From Balanoglossus misakiensis (lineage: Eukaryota; Animalia; Hemichordata): a DNA stretch of 64,000 nucleotides. The notes beneath the pieces are model-generated. The model searched no databases. It was not told where the DNA came from and saw only the letters and a list, made by a program, of their open reading frames with translations. Where the stretch lies: contig CM082579.2 of NCBI GenBank assembly GCA_040954595.2, positions 16,282,550-16,346,549 of the forward strand, given 5' to 3'. The position numbers and the translations under genes were made by a program. The number at the start of each line of letters is the position of its first letter. Within the stretch, counting starts at the first letter, position 1. Shown here in pieces: positions 37,030 to 51,794 of this stretch.

Positions 37030-39671
37030 GACTGCGCAGCTGGAAGTTAAAGTTCAGCATGTTCTGAAGCATGCACGCTGTGTCCAGGGGTTTCATGTGT
37101 GGAACAGCCAGCCTCTCATCACCAAAACAATGCGGACTGGGATATTTTGCCAACAATGGAAGTATAGACTGTACGCCTTGTCCTGCCCCGGGTATAAGTG
37201 CCAATATGATGGTATGTCGGAGCCAGAGGTGTGTGAAGATGGATACTACACTAATATAGATGGTGAGTCAGCACTTAAAGTTTGGGCATTACTGTGTAAT
37301 CTTTCACTTAAAGGCACGTAAGCTGTAACTTTTGGGATAATTTTCATAATATTTGTTTAAAACTGCACTACCATTAGTCCATGCAGATGAAGGCAGTGAA
37401 CTATACACAAGCATTATAAACCCTAAATATGAGTGCATATGCAAGTTTTAACCAGATAAATAATAAAGCTTTGCCGCAAGCGATTATGGCCGCCACCCTG
37501 GGAAAATGCAAGAAACAATGAAAATGTTGCATTTCCGGTTGTGAAACTTCTTAAACAAAACATGATCTCATCCACTTGAGCTCATGGAAGTAAATGTACA
37601 CCACTGAGACATCAGATTTCTATTTTTCATTGCAATATTGCACTTTTTTTTAAATTGCAGGAATTTTCGTTTTTTCTTTAATTTTTGGCCATTGTGTCAT
37701 AAATAAGTGTTGAGCTTGATATATTATCATGAAATATCATTTAATAGACATAATTAAAAGCATATATGAGATTATTTAAAACTTTAATTTTTTTATCCAG
37801 TTGCAGCTTACGTGCCTTTAAGGCGGACGATCATCTTATGTGCATGTACGTAATTCTGTGCGTACAAACATTACGTCCAGTCCAAATATTCTGCCAATTT
37901 TACATCCAATGCATTCAAATAGTGGACTGCTTCGCTTTCATCCAGTTTTCATGTGCATCGTATAAGTAGACTTTTGTTTTGTCCCGTCTTTTCACCAAAT
38001 TTGCTCTTTTCCAAATCTCCGACACAGACTATGATCGTCACGATCTTGTCTGTTGTTAGAACAGCACACTGCCGTATGGCATTGACTGTACACAGTTTCT
38101 GTTACCAATATCTCTGGATTGGCATTTTCCTGTCCTCAATCTTTTGCCAGGGATTTTTGTCTCCCCAACCCGCGTGAGAATCCCACGTCTTTGAAGGTAT
38201 GACTGTGACTATAAGATTCTATAAATCTCTGTTTATTTTCAGCACAAACATCATGTGCTGATTGCCCAGCTGGTAACCAATGTCCAAATGGTAACACTGT
38301 GATTTTATGCTCGGCTGGTTATTACAGTTCGGCCTTGGACAAAGGATGTCTCGCTGTACCTCTTGCATAACAGGTAAACTTCTACCCACCCACCTTTATT
38401 TCCAACATCAAACATTAGGTCAGGTAATTTACTAACTGAAAAATAGGATGGGATCATTTTCTATTTCTGTATTTAAAATTTACTGATATAATATATGAAT
38501 GAAAAAATGACAATTTTTCCAAATTTGAATAGACCTCTATTTATGAAAATAATTAAAATTTGCACCAAATTTTTACAGTGGTATTCAAAGGTTAACTTGG
38601 TGTGTAAATTCTCTGTTTGATTTACAGATCAGCTGGTGCTGAACATTGTACTATTTGTGAGCAAGGGTACGCCTGCATAGATCCCAGTGCATCGCAATTC
38701 AAGTGTACCAAGGGTTACGTGTCATTGGCTGGTGCAACAAACTGTACCAGATGTACAAATGGTAAGATTGTGGTACTTGTTCAGTTTGCTGTGTGATGAA
38801 ACTGAGGGGTATGTGTGTATGCATGTATGTGTTTACAACAGATTTTCAAGTCAGTGCGACTGGGGGTATGTGTGTGTGTGTATGTATGTATGTGTTTACA
38901 ACAGATTATCAACTCAGTGCGAGATCTTGCGAGACCCGGTTAGCCATGTGAGATCTCGCAGAGTCTTATGATATTCAGAACATGGTTGATTAGAAATGAC
39001 GTTTAATGTCCTCCAAAGAATTTTCTACATGCCTGTATACTTGTCTCAGAATTATGAAGTGAATCATCTCAAGTAATTTGTTATTTTAAATGACACTGTA
39101 TCACAAATACATCACTAAAAACCTCATTTTCTTTAATCAGATGAAATAAGTGAGGAGCCTGCACGCACATCCTGTCTTCTGTGCCCTGCTGGACAATCGT
39201 GTTCAGATCCAATGTAAGATCCGCTCGACTGTGGCAATGGTGAATATGCTATGGAAGGCGACGGCACATGCACGCCTTGTCCAGCGGGATCCAAGTGTCC
39301 AACCATGTCACCCGTAGTGGATTGTTCAACAGTTACTGGTAAGTTGGGCTGCAAATCACTCTTGTGACTTCCCTGTGTTATAGCATGGCATACACAGAAA
39401 ATTAAACTGTTATGCTTATTGGAGTTGATATTGTGATGCACTTTGAAAAACACAATGATTCCACTGAAGAGGTATTGTACAGTAAAACCTGTGATTACGG
39501 ACATCTCTCTAATAAGGGATCGTTGGACCAAACCATGGTGGTAAAAATCGTTCTTTGAATTTTTTCTGTGATAGGTTCATACTCGCTAGGTTCGGCCACG
39601 TCCTTCTGGTTATGAATGCACAACTACAAGTGTCACACAGTGCGCTACAGGGCAGTAAAGTGCTGAAGGAG
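37030..39671 (+). pseudogene. Cys-rich CPAGxxC repeat exon cluster, copy 2 (5 exons)
   Basis: Duplicate of 15596-18237 at +21434 with the same lesions. Confidence 0.82.
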
Positions 39672-40433
39672 GTAAGTCTTGAAATCCCTTTTCTTCTTGT
39701 CTCGATTTGAACATGGTTCCACAAGTTGTTTACATCACTTGTAGTTTTACATATTTTTTGAGTTCAACAGCTAGCTATACATGGTGTCCTGAGAAGTCAA
39801 CCAGTATGAGAAGTCGGTCTCGGCCAGTACGAGAAGTCGGCCTGTGGGAGAGAACCCTGGTACTTTGTGTTATATATAACTGTTTCACTACGAAATGTTT
39901 CCTTGATGTACAGGAGCTGAGATATTTGTACAAATAGCCGATGAATTTTAAAACTGTCTGTTCACTTTTCATGTACGTCACCGGGGTACGTCAACATCAG
40001 TCACCTGCACTTCTTGAGCTTCAAAATCACTTTCGTGGCGCATAATGTCTTGATTGTCTTGGTTCAAGAAACATTATGCGCGACTGGCCAATTTTACTGC
40101 CTTTTGTCAACACACATCCACTATGGAAATTCTCACTCCAGGCCAGATAGTGTAAATTTACATATGAGTCTACAGGTGTGCTTGAAGTCAAGTCAAGCAT
40201 TTGCAAGGAACCCTCCTCCAGTACACAGGTCTTTGATTTCATGAAGGGAAGCCCTTGCCTCACAGTCACTGCCATGTGATCTATGGAGGTGTGAACAACT
40301 TGATACCAGCCTAATATAAGTTGTAGGCACAATCACTCCACACACCCTTGCCATAATTCTGCAAGGTTTTTGCCATATCTGTACTGTAGAATGAGTAGCA
40401 AGGAATAAAATGGCGTCCTTTCTTAATTTCCAG

Positions 40434-43400
40434 TGCAAAACCCCTGTGATCCCAACCCATGTATGAATGGTGGATTTTGCCAGCAAACATCGTGCAATTT
40501 CTATTCATGCCAGTGTGTGAACTCTTACACAGGTGACATCTGTCAAACCATAGACCCTAGAGAAAGAAGGGCGAGCAACTGCGGCAAAGATCAAAGGGTT
40601 TGGGGATTATCTGTATGATGATGTTTTTTTGTATATAATTAACACCCAGGACAGTCGGACAATGACTTCCTTACTTCGGCACGTGTCGACCCCACCAGTG
40701 ATACGAAAACTTGCCACCAAACTGGCACTACTGCATTTCAGCAGCCACTGCGTTTTTTTCTAAAATTCTAAAAGTATTACGATGTCTGTGCTAATTATTA
40801 TGGTTTGGTGTTCGTCTGTCGGTTGAACGGTCATTTCTAGTGCCACAAGCTTCATTTAAAAATTGTAAACAAATCATCCATGTTTTTTGCATGTCCGACT
40901 GGGCACTCATATTTCTTAGTAACGCTGACACTTTTCGTAATAATTTTATGTTTGCGTGAAGCATTGAAATAAAAATTGTGGTTTAGGGGCATTTTATTTC
41001 GCAGTGCGTGAACAATAAAACAGATTTCACGAAAACAATTTGTAAACAAACTGGGTGGATTATCATGTGTGCACTATGGCCGCCAGGCAACCCTCGGTAC
41101 GGTTAGCTCACAGCCTTGTGAAATACCCGGACTGTTAGACAAAAGATGCTTGTTTTGGACGCTGTCAGACTCAGATTCAAATTCCTGTTTAACTTGTCCA
41201 GATGTGTTCCATAAATAATCGCTGCGTTCAACCACGTTGCAGTTTTCTCGTCTTCTGCGAGATGTTCTGAGGTGTTGTGATAACTTCACACAAAACACGA
41301 GACTTTGCGTTAGTTTATACACAGTTTATTTGCAAATTGGATTATTGGGATTTATCTGGAAATAATGTATGCAAAAGAACATCATTTCAAGAAAAAAATG
41401 GAGTTGCGCGTCCTTCTTTCTCTAGGGTCCATGGTCAAACAAGTGAGTATATACTTTCAAGACACCCTGCAAACAAACAAGCCATCTTCATTCCGTAGAT
41501 CTTTTAAGCTTATTTATACATTGTAAATTTTGATGTGAAACTTTATTGGTCTTGTTGCCAAACTTCTGAAGAAATGAGGATATTGTTTTGAAGGGTATTT
41601 TATCAGTAGGTAACAAATACCATGGCCCTCCATGCAAATACCCACATGGTAAATTAAAACTGTTACAGATGTATTTGATTTCCACATATTGATTACATGT
41701 GGGATAATATTGGGTGCTGGCAGTTTCAGTAAATGAACTGCTCTTAAAAGTTGGGCGTCAGGGCACCCTTGATTTTGCCTGTTCCAAGCTAGAATAGTCT
41801 GTCCATATGAATATTTGTTCAGCAAGTTACAAGCAATCTTTTAAGTTTGGAATGAAAAAATAGTGAAATGACTTGTGATGTTAATATGCAATTGTTGGTT
41901 GATTTACATGCAACCCCCAGGACTCGATCAATGTTCTCCCAATCCGTGCATGAACAACGGTATCTGTGAGCCAATCAGTGGATCGTGCAGTGCGTTTACC
42001 TGTCGCTGTCAAGGCTGTATCATTGGAATCACCTGTGACCAAGGTAAATTTATCAGACGAGGAACTGTTTTTCCCCCCTCATACCGGTATATTTGTCATA
42101 GCTGGCAGCTATGAAATTACCTGTATATTTAGGATGTGACAAACCAAATAGGCACTTTCAGGAATTGAGTCTTTTTTGCAATTACTAAGTCCTAAACTCC
42201 CAAAAGTATAATAAGTAATTCTTATTGTTCAGTTATACATTAAGGAGGCTTAGTTATAGGAGAACCCGATAGAACCACAGCTGTAGGAATTAAGGAAATG
42301 GTCATACCCTAAAAACTTATGTCACTACTATTTATTTATTTTCATTCCATTGAAACAGAACAAACTCCATGTAGGCCAAGTCCATGCCTGAACAATGGGC
42401 AGTGTACTCGGCTGTCGTGTACAACTTATGAGTGTACTTGTCCAGGATGTTTCACCGGCACACACTGCAGCCAGTGTAAAACTCATTAAAACAAACATTT
42501 TGTCATGCAGGAACTAACATTTACAATCATGTCTCAATACATTGTCTGTTGGTCATACTTTATATTTTCATCTTCAACATCACACCTTGGGCCTTGGGAA
42601 TCGTTCACCTCAAAAATGATGTACAACTGAAAGAAAACATGTTTATTTGAAGAAAAAAATGTTGATCGTTCATGAAAATTTTCCCTACACAAGATACATA
42701 TACAGAGATTTTCATAGCCCCACAAGTGCGTCCCAGAATGAGCAAGTTGTTTTTGGAAGTGAAGTTCCGTTCAGTATTTACAGTAATGGTAATGATGATG
42801 TTTTTATCAAACAGATTTTGAAAGTAAATATTGCTGAGATAACATTAGGTTGCACTTTTTATTGCAGTCCAAGATCCATACCAGCGAAACAGCTGTCTCA
42901 ACGGGGCTGTATGTAATGCAGTGGCCAACTCCTGCACGGCATATACCTGTGTCTGTACTGGTTGCTATGAGGGTAACCGTTGTGAAATATGTAAGTTTCT
43001 GACGTACCGTAAATGACAATCTTTTGGGCACTTTCTCTTCATGGCAATTGAATTGTGTGGTAACTTCTCATTTCTAAAATTTCCACAAGAGAAAAGAAAA
43101 CAGAAATTTCATTTGTATGTCCGTGCAATTTAGGATAGGCACGAACTTGTGAGGAAGTGTACGAAGCTGGATGTTTTCATCACTCAAATATACAAGAGTT
43201 GCCTCTTGAAGACTAGTGTCTGTAGAGATAATTGTGCATATGAGGTAATCTCTCCTAAGGTGGTGCACACATCTGAGTATTAAGTAAAAGAGACATCCTT
43301 AATTATCCTTACTATTTGGCTTGAAAAATCAATCTTACTAGGTGTTCTGATTAGAGAGGTGTCCATAAAGACAGGTTTTACTGTATTACCCAAAATAGAG

Positions 43401-46400
43401 ACATTGTCCCTTCATCATATACTTAATGCGTGTTCTGGGTATGGTTCCAGTATAATGCTTGTGTCAAAGGATTTTGTTGTGGTGCAGGAATCATCTTTGG
43501 TTGAGGTGTAGCCATCTGCATTTCATGTTTTTTAAACTATTTTTTTTCTGATAGTCATTAACCCATGTGATCAGAATCCGTGTCAAAATGGAGGCTATTG
43601 TTCCCAAACACCAAATTCTTATACTGACTACACCTGTTACTGCCAGTAGTGTTGGACTGGGGCCATCTGTGCCGTAGGTGTGTCGAATTACTGTTTTATG
43701 ACACAGCGTGGTATATAAACCCTCATTTTTGGTATTCTCAATGTGATAGATGGACCCATACACCAATAAATGGGGTGGAAGCATTACTAAGTTTCATCCT
43801 TTCAAAATTTGCTGATGTAGGGTCAAAATTGAGTGTGATGTGCACGTTAAAAAGGAAAGCCTTCTGTATCATGTTGACGGCACATTTTTTAATTTTTCAA
43901 GATTCTTACAGAAAAATCCTAGCAATAGCATCATTATGTTATTTTAAATGTACAGGTTTGAAACAAGGAATGAAGACATTGCTCACATATTTAAACGTAA
44001 TGAACATCACAAGTACATGTACAAGTTTTTGACAAGCAGGTAATTGATACTTTCATTTTTGTTTTGGCAGCCATTGATCAGTTATACTCTATGCCTTGTC
44101 AAAATGGTGCACATGCGTTGCGCGAGACGGCTGTTTCCTGTTTGACTGTATGTGTACCGAATGCTTCACTGGTGCCACATGTACAATGCGTAAGTACAAA
44201 CCAATATTATTTTATTCAATGCAAAACACTTGTTATGTATTATATAATATAAGTACGGTACACATATTAAAGCCCTGGTAACTCAAACTTTGGGCTAGCT
44301 TAATGTTATCACTATTTTTGTTTTCGGTTGCAACTGTGGTTTCTTGTCACACTCTAAAGGATTTCACAGCATTTGGTTTTTCAAAACAGCCCTTTGGTTG
44401 TTGTCATGTATACATGTACATGACTGTGGAGTGTAGTTTGTAGATTCTGTAATTTTGACAATATCTTGACTGCACATCCCACAGCTGTCAACCAGTGTCA
44501 ACCCATCCAGTGTCAGAATGGTGGAAACTGTGTGCTGACGCCCAATTGGTGTACTGAATTCACATGCTCCTGTACAAGCTGTTACTCCGGCGATTTATGT
44601 CAGACATGTGAGTGATTTTAAATTTCAGATGAAGAGGAACATAATAACATAACACATAATCGGCTTGCAGTTGGTTTCTTCCAACCTGTATCAAAGAGTG
44701 AATAACGACACAATTTTGGGGAAATTTATTAAGAATGTGTGTGCCATAAAAGGGGATTGTGTATTTGACCAAACAACAACCTGCACCGTATGGTACACTA
44801 AGACACTATTACACCTGTGTCAAAATTTCATTACGTTTCTTTTGTTGAACATGGAAGAAATTTGTCACAGTGATGTTCTGTTGACCAACTGAGATTTTTA
44901 CCACTCAACCCTGACTGCACAAATCTGTTTAAAGTATATGTAGTAAATATTAACTGTACACAATTTATATCACTTTCTCTTCTGTGCACAGATTTGAATC
45001 CGTGTCAGCCCAACCCTTGTCTAAACAGTGGATTCTGCCAGCAAGTGTCCTGCACCGAGTTCAGATGCCAGAGTTCGCGCTGTTTCATCGGAACCACGTG
45101 CGCTGAACGTAAGCAAACCAGTGTCAGATTTGCCGCACAAAGTAGAAATCGCTGGGCTTTGTCATTGATATTGTCTCAATAAAGTTGCCTGTGATTGTGC
45201 AGCTAACCAAGAGACTTATATGCACTACCGTAGCCATGATGTATACTTTCATTGACTCAAATGCTCATCAGAGTAGATGTTGCTATTTTTCCAACCGTAA
45301 ATTGAAACATCAGAAAGTTATGACATCAACTACCCCCACCCCCACCCCACCCCACCCCCAACTAGTAAATATTATAAGATGCTGTAATTATGATAAAGAT
45401 GGTAGCACCAAGCTTGGATCAAGTGGTCTTCATTATCCTTCACACATGAACATGATCACACGGATGTGCAATCTTCTGACAGTCTGCTACAGATTTCACT
45501 TCCCACTCAAGTGTGTAAGACCCTAATGTGATACTTTTCATTTCTCTCACCCTTAGCGATCAACCAGTGTCTTCTAAACCCATGTCTGAATAACGGAGTG
45601 TATCAGCCACTTCAAGGCTCCTGCTCAATCTACACCTGCAACTGTCCAACCTGCTACACTGGGCAAACATGTGTTACATGTAAGTCGCAAGTTTTTAGGT
45701 CCCATTGGTATGTACCATGGGACCTTATGGGATTGGTTACGTCTGTATGTATGGATGGATGGATGGATGGATGTATGTCTGTATGTCCGTCCACATCGAA
45801 AACTTGAAAACCGCAGCGCATATGACCTCGATATTTGGCGTGTAGATGCAGGCAGGGCTGTAGATGGGAGTTTGTTCAAATGAAGATGTCATTGCCAAAA
45901 ATATGCAAATTAGCTGGGAAAATGTGAAATTGGTCAAAACTTAAAAACTGGACAACCACTGGTCATATTGATTTGAAAATTGGTATGCATGTACCTTATA
46001 TCAACCTCATACAATCCTGTATGTTTTGAGCTAATATTATCGATTTCCTATTTTTTTTGCATTTTTTTGTATTTTTCCATGTTATTGGTAAAAAGTCTTT
46101 GAAATTTAGTATGAAGCCTCCTAATGTTGTCTAAGTAACCATAGTTTTGTTCAAATTGTTGCAAAATTTGCATATCTATAATTTTGAGCAATATTTGCCA
46201 TTTTTGGTCAAAAAATGTTTTTCTTTAAAACCTCATGCCAGATTGCTTTCCAATTTGGTAGGCATGTTCGTAGGGGTAACCTAAATAATATGTTGTAAAA
46301 AAAAAGATATTTGCATAAATGTGTTATCGGGGAAACTTTTGCAATTTTTGTCAAAAATTGTTTTCTCTGAAACCGCTTGTCCTATTGCATTGAACTTAGG

Positions 46401-47734
46401 CAGCATGTTCCTTGTAGTGATTGAAGTAAGATATTGTACAATTTTGGTGATATTTGCATATTTGTGTTTTTGCCACTTTTGAACAAATATTTTCTGTGAA
46501 ACTGCTTGTTGGATTGCTTTGAAATTAGTTTTTTCTCTGATTGCTTTGAAATTTAGGATATAATTTCATAACACATACCTGTATATGTGCAACTTTTATT
46601 CAGTTCTGAGATCAGAAAGATTAAATATTTAGCGAGTTTTTTTGGTAAGTTTCTTAGTTTTTGGTTAGCAAATCTTCTCCTAAACAAATTGTCCAGTTGT
46701 TTTTAAAGTTACTATTTACAAGGAGTTGTTACCTCGAACAAAGACATGTTTACATAACTTAAATAGGCCAGCTGTTACAGAGACCACCAGCTATCAAATT
46801 TTAATTACCAGTGGCAGGTCAGTGTGTGTCTGTTCCAGGGCTGACTGAAAGAAGTTGCTTCGCATATGTGTTTGTACAGACAATTTTTGGTCATTTTTTT
46901 TCTAGCACCACTTGTAAGACTGCCATGACACATGACAGTTTATTGGGCATGTTCCTTGTTAATGTTTTTACATTCCATATTTCTATATGGTCAGATCATA
47001 TCTGCTTGCAAATGTCACCTGTAATTTTTATTCTGGTGTGTCACTGTTTCCGCATAATCCTCAAATGTCATCAGATCTCCGAATGTGATGAAAACAGTGT
47101 GTTTTGAGTGTTTTTTAAATGACCTTTTGGGTTAAAAGTGGCAAAAATGGCAATTTTGTCTTGAAAGGGGTCAATAAGACTGACTTTTTTGGAATCAGCA
47201 CCATTTTTTACATTGAATGGACTAGTCTGCTCAAACTTTCCTTACCAACAATTCTGTTTAATCTTCTGTAACATGTATACTAGCATACATGTAGCTGCCT
47301 GATAGTTTGCCCTGCGTGTGTAATTGCTGAGTGACATAACGCATTCTGTGATTGGTGCAGTCACGTAACCACCAATAAGATCGCTTGTTATAAGGAGAAC
47401 TGCACGACCTTTAACCGCATTAGCATACCTGATTTTTAGGGCTCGATATTACCTCTGAGGACGCAATATTTAAGTTGAAGTTTTTTTTCTTTTATCATAT
47501 TAGAGCAAGAAGACTTGTTTTTATGTAAAAGAAATAAACCTTAATATACAGAGTGCATTTTGAAACGATAGGCAGGTCCGGCCCATAGCCTAATTCTTCA
47601 TTTTTCTGTCATGCGTAGGAATTGATCAGTGCTAACAACCCATGTCAAAATGGCAGCACTTGCCAACCCTAACCTCGTGTGGGGCATTGACGTGCACCTG
47701 CCAAGGATGCTATACTGGGAGCGCTGTGAAAATT
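40434..47734 (+). pseudogene. EGF-repeat exon cluster spanning the copy 2/3 boundary (10 exons)
   Basis: Duplicate of 18977-26278; TAG at 43647. Confidence 0.9.
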
Positions 47735-48185
47735 GTCAGTCAGTTTCTTTTGTCAAATTAATCAATATGTGTGGGACTGCTATACATGTATATAAAACAG
47801 AATACTGCGATGGAAAATTCTATAACTTAATGTTTCACTGGATATATGACTTAAAGTTAGCAGGATGCAGTGAATTCAACAGAAAGTGTAATTTCCTCTT
47901 GTGTGAGCTCTGTGCGACTGTGCCAATGAAAATCTCACCACAAACAAAAATGACAGGTATACACTGTATATTAGCAGCTTTGTCTCTGTAATAGCCATAG
48001 TGTTTTGAAGTTGAAAACTTGCAAAGTGTGCAGTTTTATTCACACTACAAAGGAAACATTGTTGAAACGGATTATCTGTGTACATTGTCAAACTGTACAC
48101 TTGTCGCGAGATTTATTCTCAATTATATTATATCATGCTACCGTCCGCAATTCTGATTGGACGAGAGCTAAATCCAGCGATGCTA

Positions 48186-49257
48186 AAATACTCAATAATG
48201 CACTGCTGACAGTGGTAAAACGGGCTTTCTGTTTGCCACATGGGTTTGTTCTTTAGGTTGTTGTATGTGTTTACACTCATCATGTTTATTGTAGAACCAG
48301 GGTCGATCAGTGAGGCAACTGCTGTTTGTTCTATCTGCATTGTTACTTGAGGCCTCCTGCCATTTGATTGTTGTACAGTGAAGCAGTATTCATCTCCCGA
48401 GCTGTCTTCCACTTTATGCACAGCTTTGACAGTTTCATCCTTGTCTACCCTATTTGCCTTGCCTTTTGATCGGTAGCATTTGGCAAAATAGTTAGGTTTG
48501 CCACACTTCCTGCATGACTTGCCTTTAGCTGGACATACTGAGTCATGTGGATAGGTGCCACCACAATAATAACAAGTGGACGGTCCTTTCGCTGGCTGCT
48601 GATGAGCTCTCTTTTGTTTATTTGGTTTCGGGCGTTGGTGGCGCTGTTTTCTGACCGCATTCACAGATGCCGTATCTGCACCATAATTTTGGGTTTTCTC
48701 CTCAATCCCACTAGCCTGAACCTCTGATACCTCAAATGAACAGGCTGTACTCAGTAGATTCTCTAGTGTCGTCTCCTCCCGAAGAGCACGACGTCTGAGA
48801 CGGGCTGATGTGAATCCTCGTATGATTTGTGATTTGACCTCTTGATCCTTATTGGTGAAGTCACATATGTTTCTGCTAGGCGTTGCAAACAAGTGTGATA
48901 GGCATCAATCGATTCGCCGTTGTTTTGTATGGTGTCTCTGAAGATAAATCGTTCGTATTCAATGTTCCGTTTGGGTGAGAAGTATGACGAAAGCTGTAAT
49001 TTGGCTGTTTCACAGCTAGTTCCTGTATCTGGTAGAGTATCAAAGAAGTCGGAAACTTCCTCACCTGCCCAATCAGAATCGCCAAATATAGAATCGTTGG
49101 TGGGCAATAATGACAACACGAGACACCAAGTCCGGCATGTAAGAGTGAGAGTGCCTAGCCTCGTTCACGCACTTTATTCATAATGACCCGAATGTTGCAT
49201 TACGTCATTTTACAGAATGTATAAAGTATAGATGCTCACTAGTGTTTGGACACTACA
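48186..49257 (-). mobile_element. Old Gypsy (Mag-like) gag-protease remnant with possible LTR start
   Basis: YFSPKRNIEYERFIFR...GESIDAY...LAE..DF...SARLRRRALRE gag, two knuckles (CYYCGGTYPH-CPAKGKSCRKCGKPNYFAKC), IDPGSTIN. Frameshifted. Minus-strand TGTAGTG at 49257 followed by AATAAA suggests an LTR remnant (tentative). Confidence 0.82.
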
Positions 49258-49773
49258 ATATACATGTGACTGCAGTGTCTTTCCAATCATGAATTTGCAA
49301 GGTGTCCTTCGGAGAAAATCTTCTGATTCTCTTTTCTGATTTGCTTTGCATATTTAACTTAATGATCTCATTTGTTGGAATTCCCTGTCTCAAATTTTTG
49401 ATGATCAGTCTCTGCCCCATTGCTCATCGTCCCAACTTTCTGATGATATATGGATGATAGATGGGATCAAATCTTTGGTCGTGTATTTGCTACAAATGGT
49501 AGGTATTGGTTCGTGATTGAGTCTTTGTGTTGTATATTTGGGGTGGCAGTGGTATGAGTTTGGATTTATGCCAATCTTTAAGTTAAGTGTTATTTGGGTT
49601 GCCGTTGAGCATTGATGGCTTGATAAGTGGGGCTAGGGTCAATTTTGATTGGGTTTGGATTGTTTGGGCTATGATAGGTTGGGTGATGGCTAGGATTTGT
49701 GGTGGGTATAAGGTGTGGTGTAAGAGATGGAGGCATTATGGGGTCTGGTGAGGTTTTTGTGAAGGAGGCCATG

Positions 49774-51794
49774 GTGGCTGCAGTATTCAGGGCATGCTGT
49801 AGCGGTTGAATGCATGATGATGGTAAACCACAGAGTATTGCATTGCAGTAGTCCAGTTTTGATGTGATTAGAGCATGAACCAGCATCTGGCAAACTTCCT
49901 TAGTGAGGTAACGGCGAATGTGGCTGATTTGACGCAGATGGAAGAAAATTGACTTGCAAATTGCATTAATGTGCTTATTGAAAGTGTAATTGTCGTCGAA
50001 TGTCACACCTATATTCCGTGCAGAATTCACAATTTGAACACAACATGATCCAATGCTCATGTGGTTTATGGGACGAGGCGAGCGGTTGAACTGAGACCTT
50101 ATCAGGAGTACCTCGGGTTTGCCACCATTTAGTTGAAGTTTATTATGTGTCATCCAGGTTTTTATTTCGTGAACTGCCCTTTCCATCTTGTCTAATGTAC
50201 TTATGGTGTCTAACTGGAAGAAATATTGGTATAGTTGGTTGTCATCGGCATATTGGTGAAAATTGATGTTGTGGTGACAAATAAGTTGAGCAAGTGGTTG
50301 GATGTAGCTGCAGAACAAAAGTGGGCCAAGCACTGAACCGTGTGGTACTCCATATTGTAGATATTGAGGTTCTGACATTGTGCCATACAAACTGCTGTCT
50401 GTTCTTAAGATATGATGAGAACCATTGTAGTGCGATGTTGGTGATGCCCAGTTTTGATAACCTTGAGATGATTGTGTCGTGATCTATGGTATCAAACACA
50501 GAGGAGAGATCGAGGAGAACCATGAGTACACATTTACCGGCATCCAGTGCCATACAAATATTGTTGTTGACTTTAGTAAGTGCTGTTTCGGTACTGTGAT
50601 CCTTTCGGTACGCTGACTGCAGTGGTTCTTGTAGTGAGTTGGTAGTCAAATATGATGTCAGTTGTTGTGCTACAATCTTCCCGATTACTTTTGACAGGAA
50701 GGTTAGGTTTGAAACTGGTCTATAGTTCTTGAAAATGTTTTTGTCGAGCGAAGGTTTCTTGAGTATATTGGTGTGATGACTGCTATTTTAAGTTATTCAG
50801 GAACAGTTCCAGTTTTGAGTGACAAATTGATAATTGTGGCTATGATAGTGAGCAGATTACCAAGACATTGCTTATCAAGTGCTGTAGGGATGAGATCAAG
50901 TACACGTGTTTTAGATGGAGACTGACGGGTTGGTTATAAGCTGATATGGCTGAGGAGAGGTCATTTGGAGGCTAGGACATTTGATGTATTTTGTCGAGAT
51001 CATGGCTGAAACTATCAATTGAAATGGCAGATATGACGATAAGATATTTGACGTCTACTGTGTGTTGGTTTCGGAAGAGCAAGTTTTGCATTGACAGGAT
51101 TGTGATCAGAGAGTTCCAAGCAGTCTACAGAGACACTCTTGATGTTAGACGCAGAGTTAGATAAGATGAGATCAAGAGTATGACCCTTTCTGTGTGTTGG
51201 TTGTTGGACCCATTGTTTCAGATTACAGGCGCTGATGATTCCATTGAATTTCTGTGTTACTGGATTCTTATCATCTTCTAGGTGAATATTGAAATCTCCT
51301 ACGATGAAGAGATTACTTGAGCAGGTGACATACTTCTCAAGTGTTGTACTGAACTCTTCCATGAACTGTGGTGCGGTGAATTTATTATTAACTGATGGTG
51401 GTGGACGGTAGACAAGAATTATTTTCATGGAAAGTTTCTGGTGAAGAATAGTTGCTTCCGCTGCCTCAAAAGATTTAACAGAGAGAATAGGCTTCCAAGC
51501 TGTTTATTTTAGTGCTAGCTTATGAATTTAAGCTAAGCCTCCACCGATCTTGCCAACCCCAGGTAGATGTTTGACAGCATAGCCTGGTGGTGTACATTCA
51601 GCCATTACGTGTTCGTCACCAGATTCCTTCAACCATGTTTCAGTGAGTACAAGAATATCAATTTCTTTATCTGTGATGTAGTCTGCAATGTCTAATGATT
51701 TGCATCTAGCTGAGCGGACATTCCATGTAGAGAGTAGAAGTTCACACGTATTGTGGAAAGGGTGGATCTTGAATACTGCATAGTCACTCTTCAA
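49774..51794 (-). mobile_element. Decayed L2/CR1-group LINE ORF2, copy 3
   Basis: [13 protein letters not shown]...YADD is in one frame here because 50284-50306 is retained; other frameshifts remain. Confidence 0.92.

Larger units (their letters stand above)
21468..42924 (+). repeat. Tandem segmental duplication, copy 2 (21457 bp including the 6555-bp Gypsy insertion plus TSD)
   Basis: Offset to copy 1 is 14880 before the insertion and 21435 after it. Confidence 0.97.
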
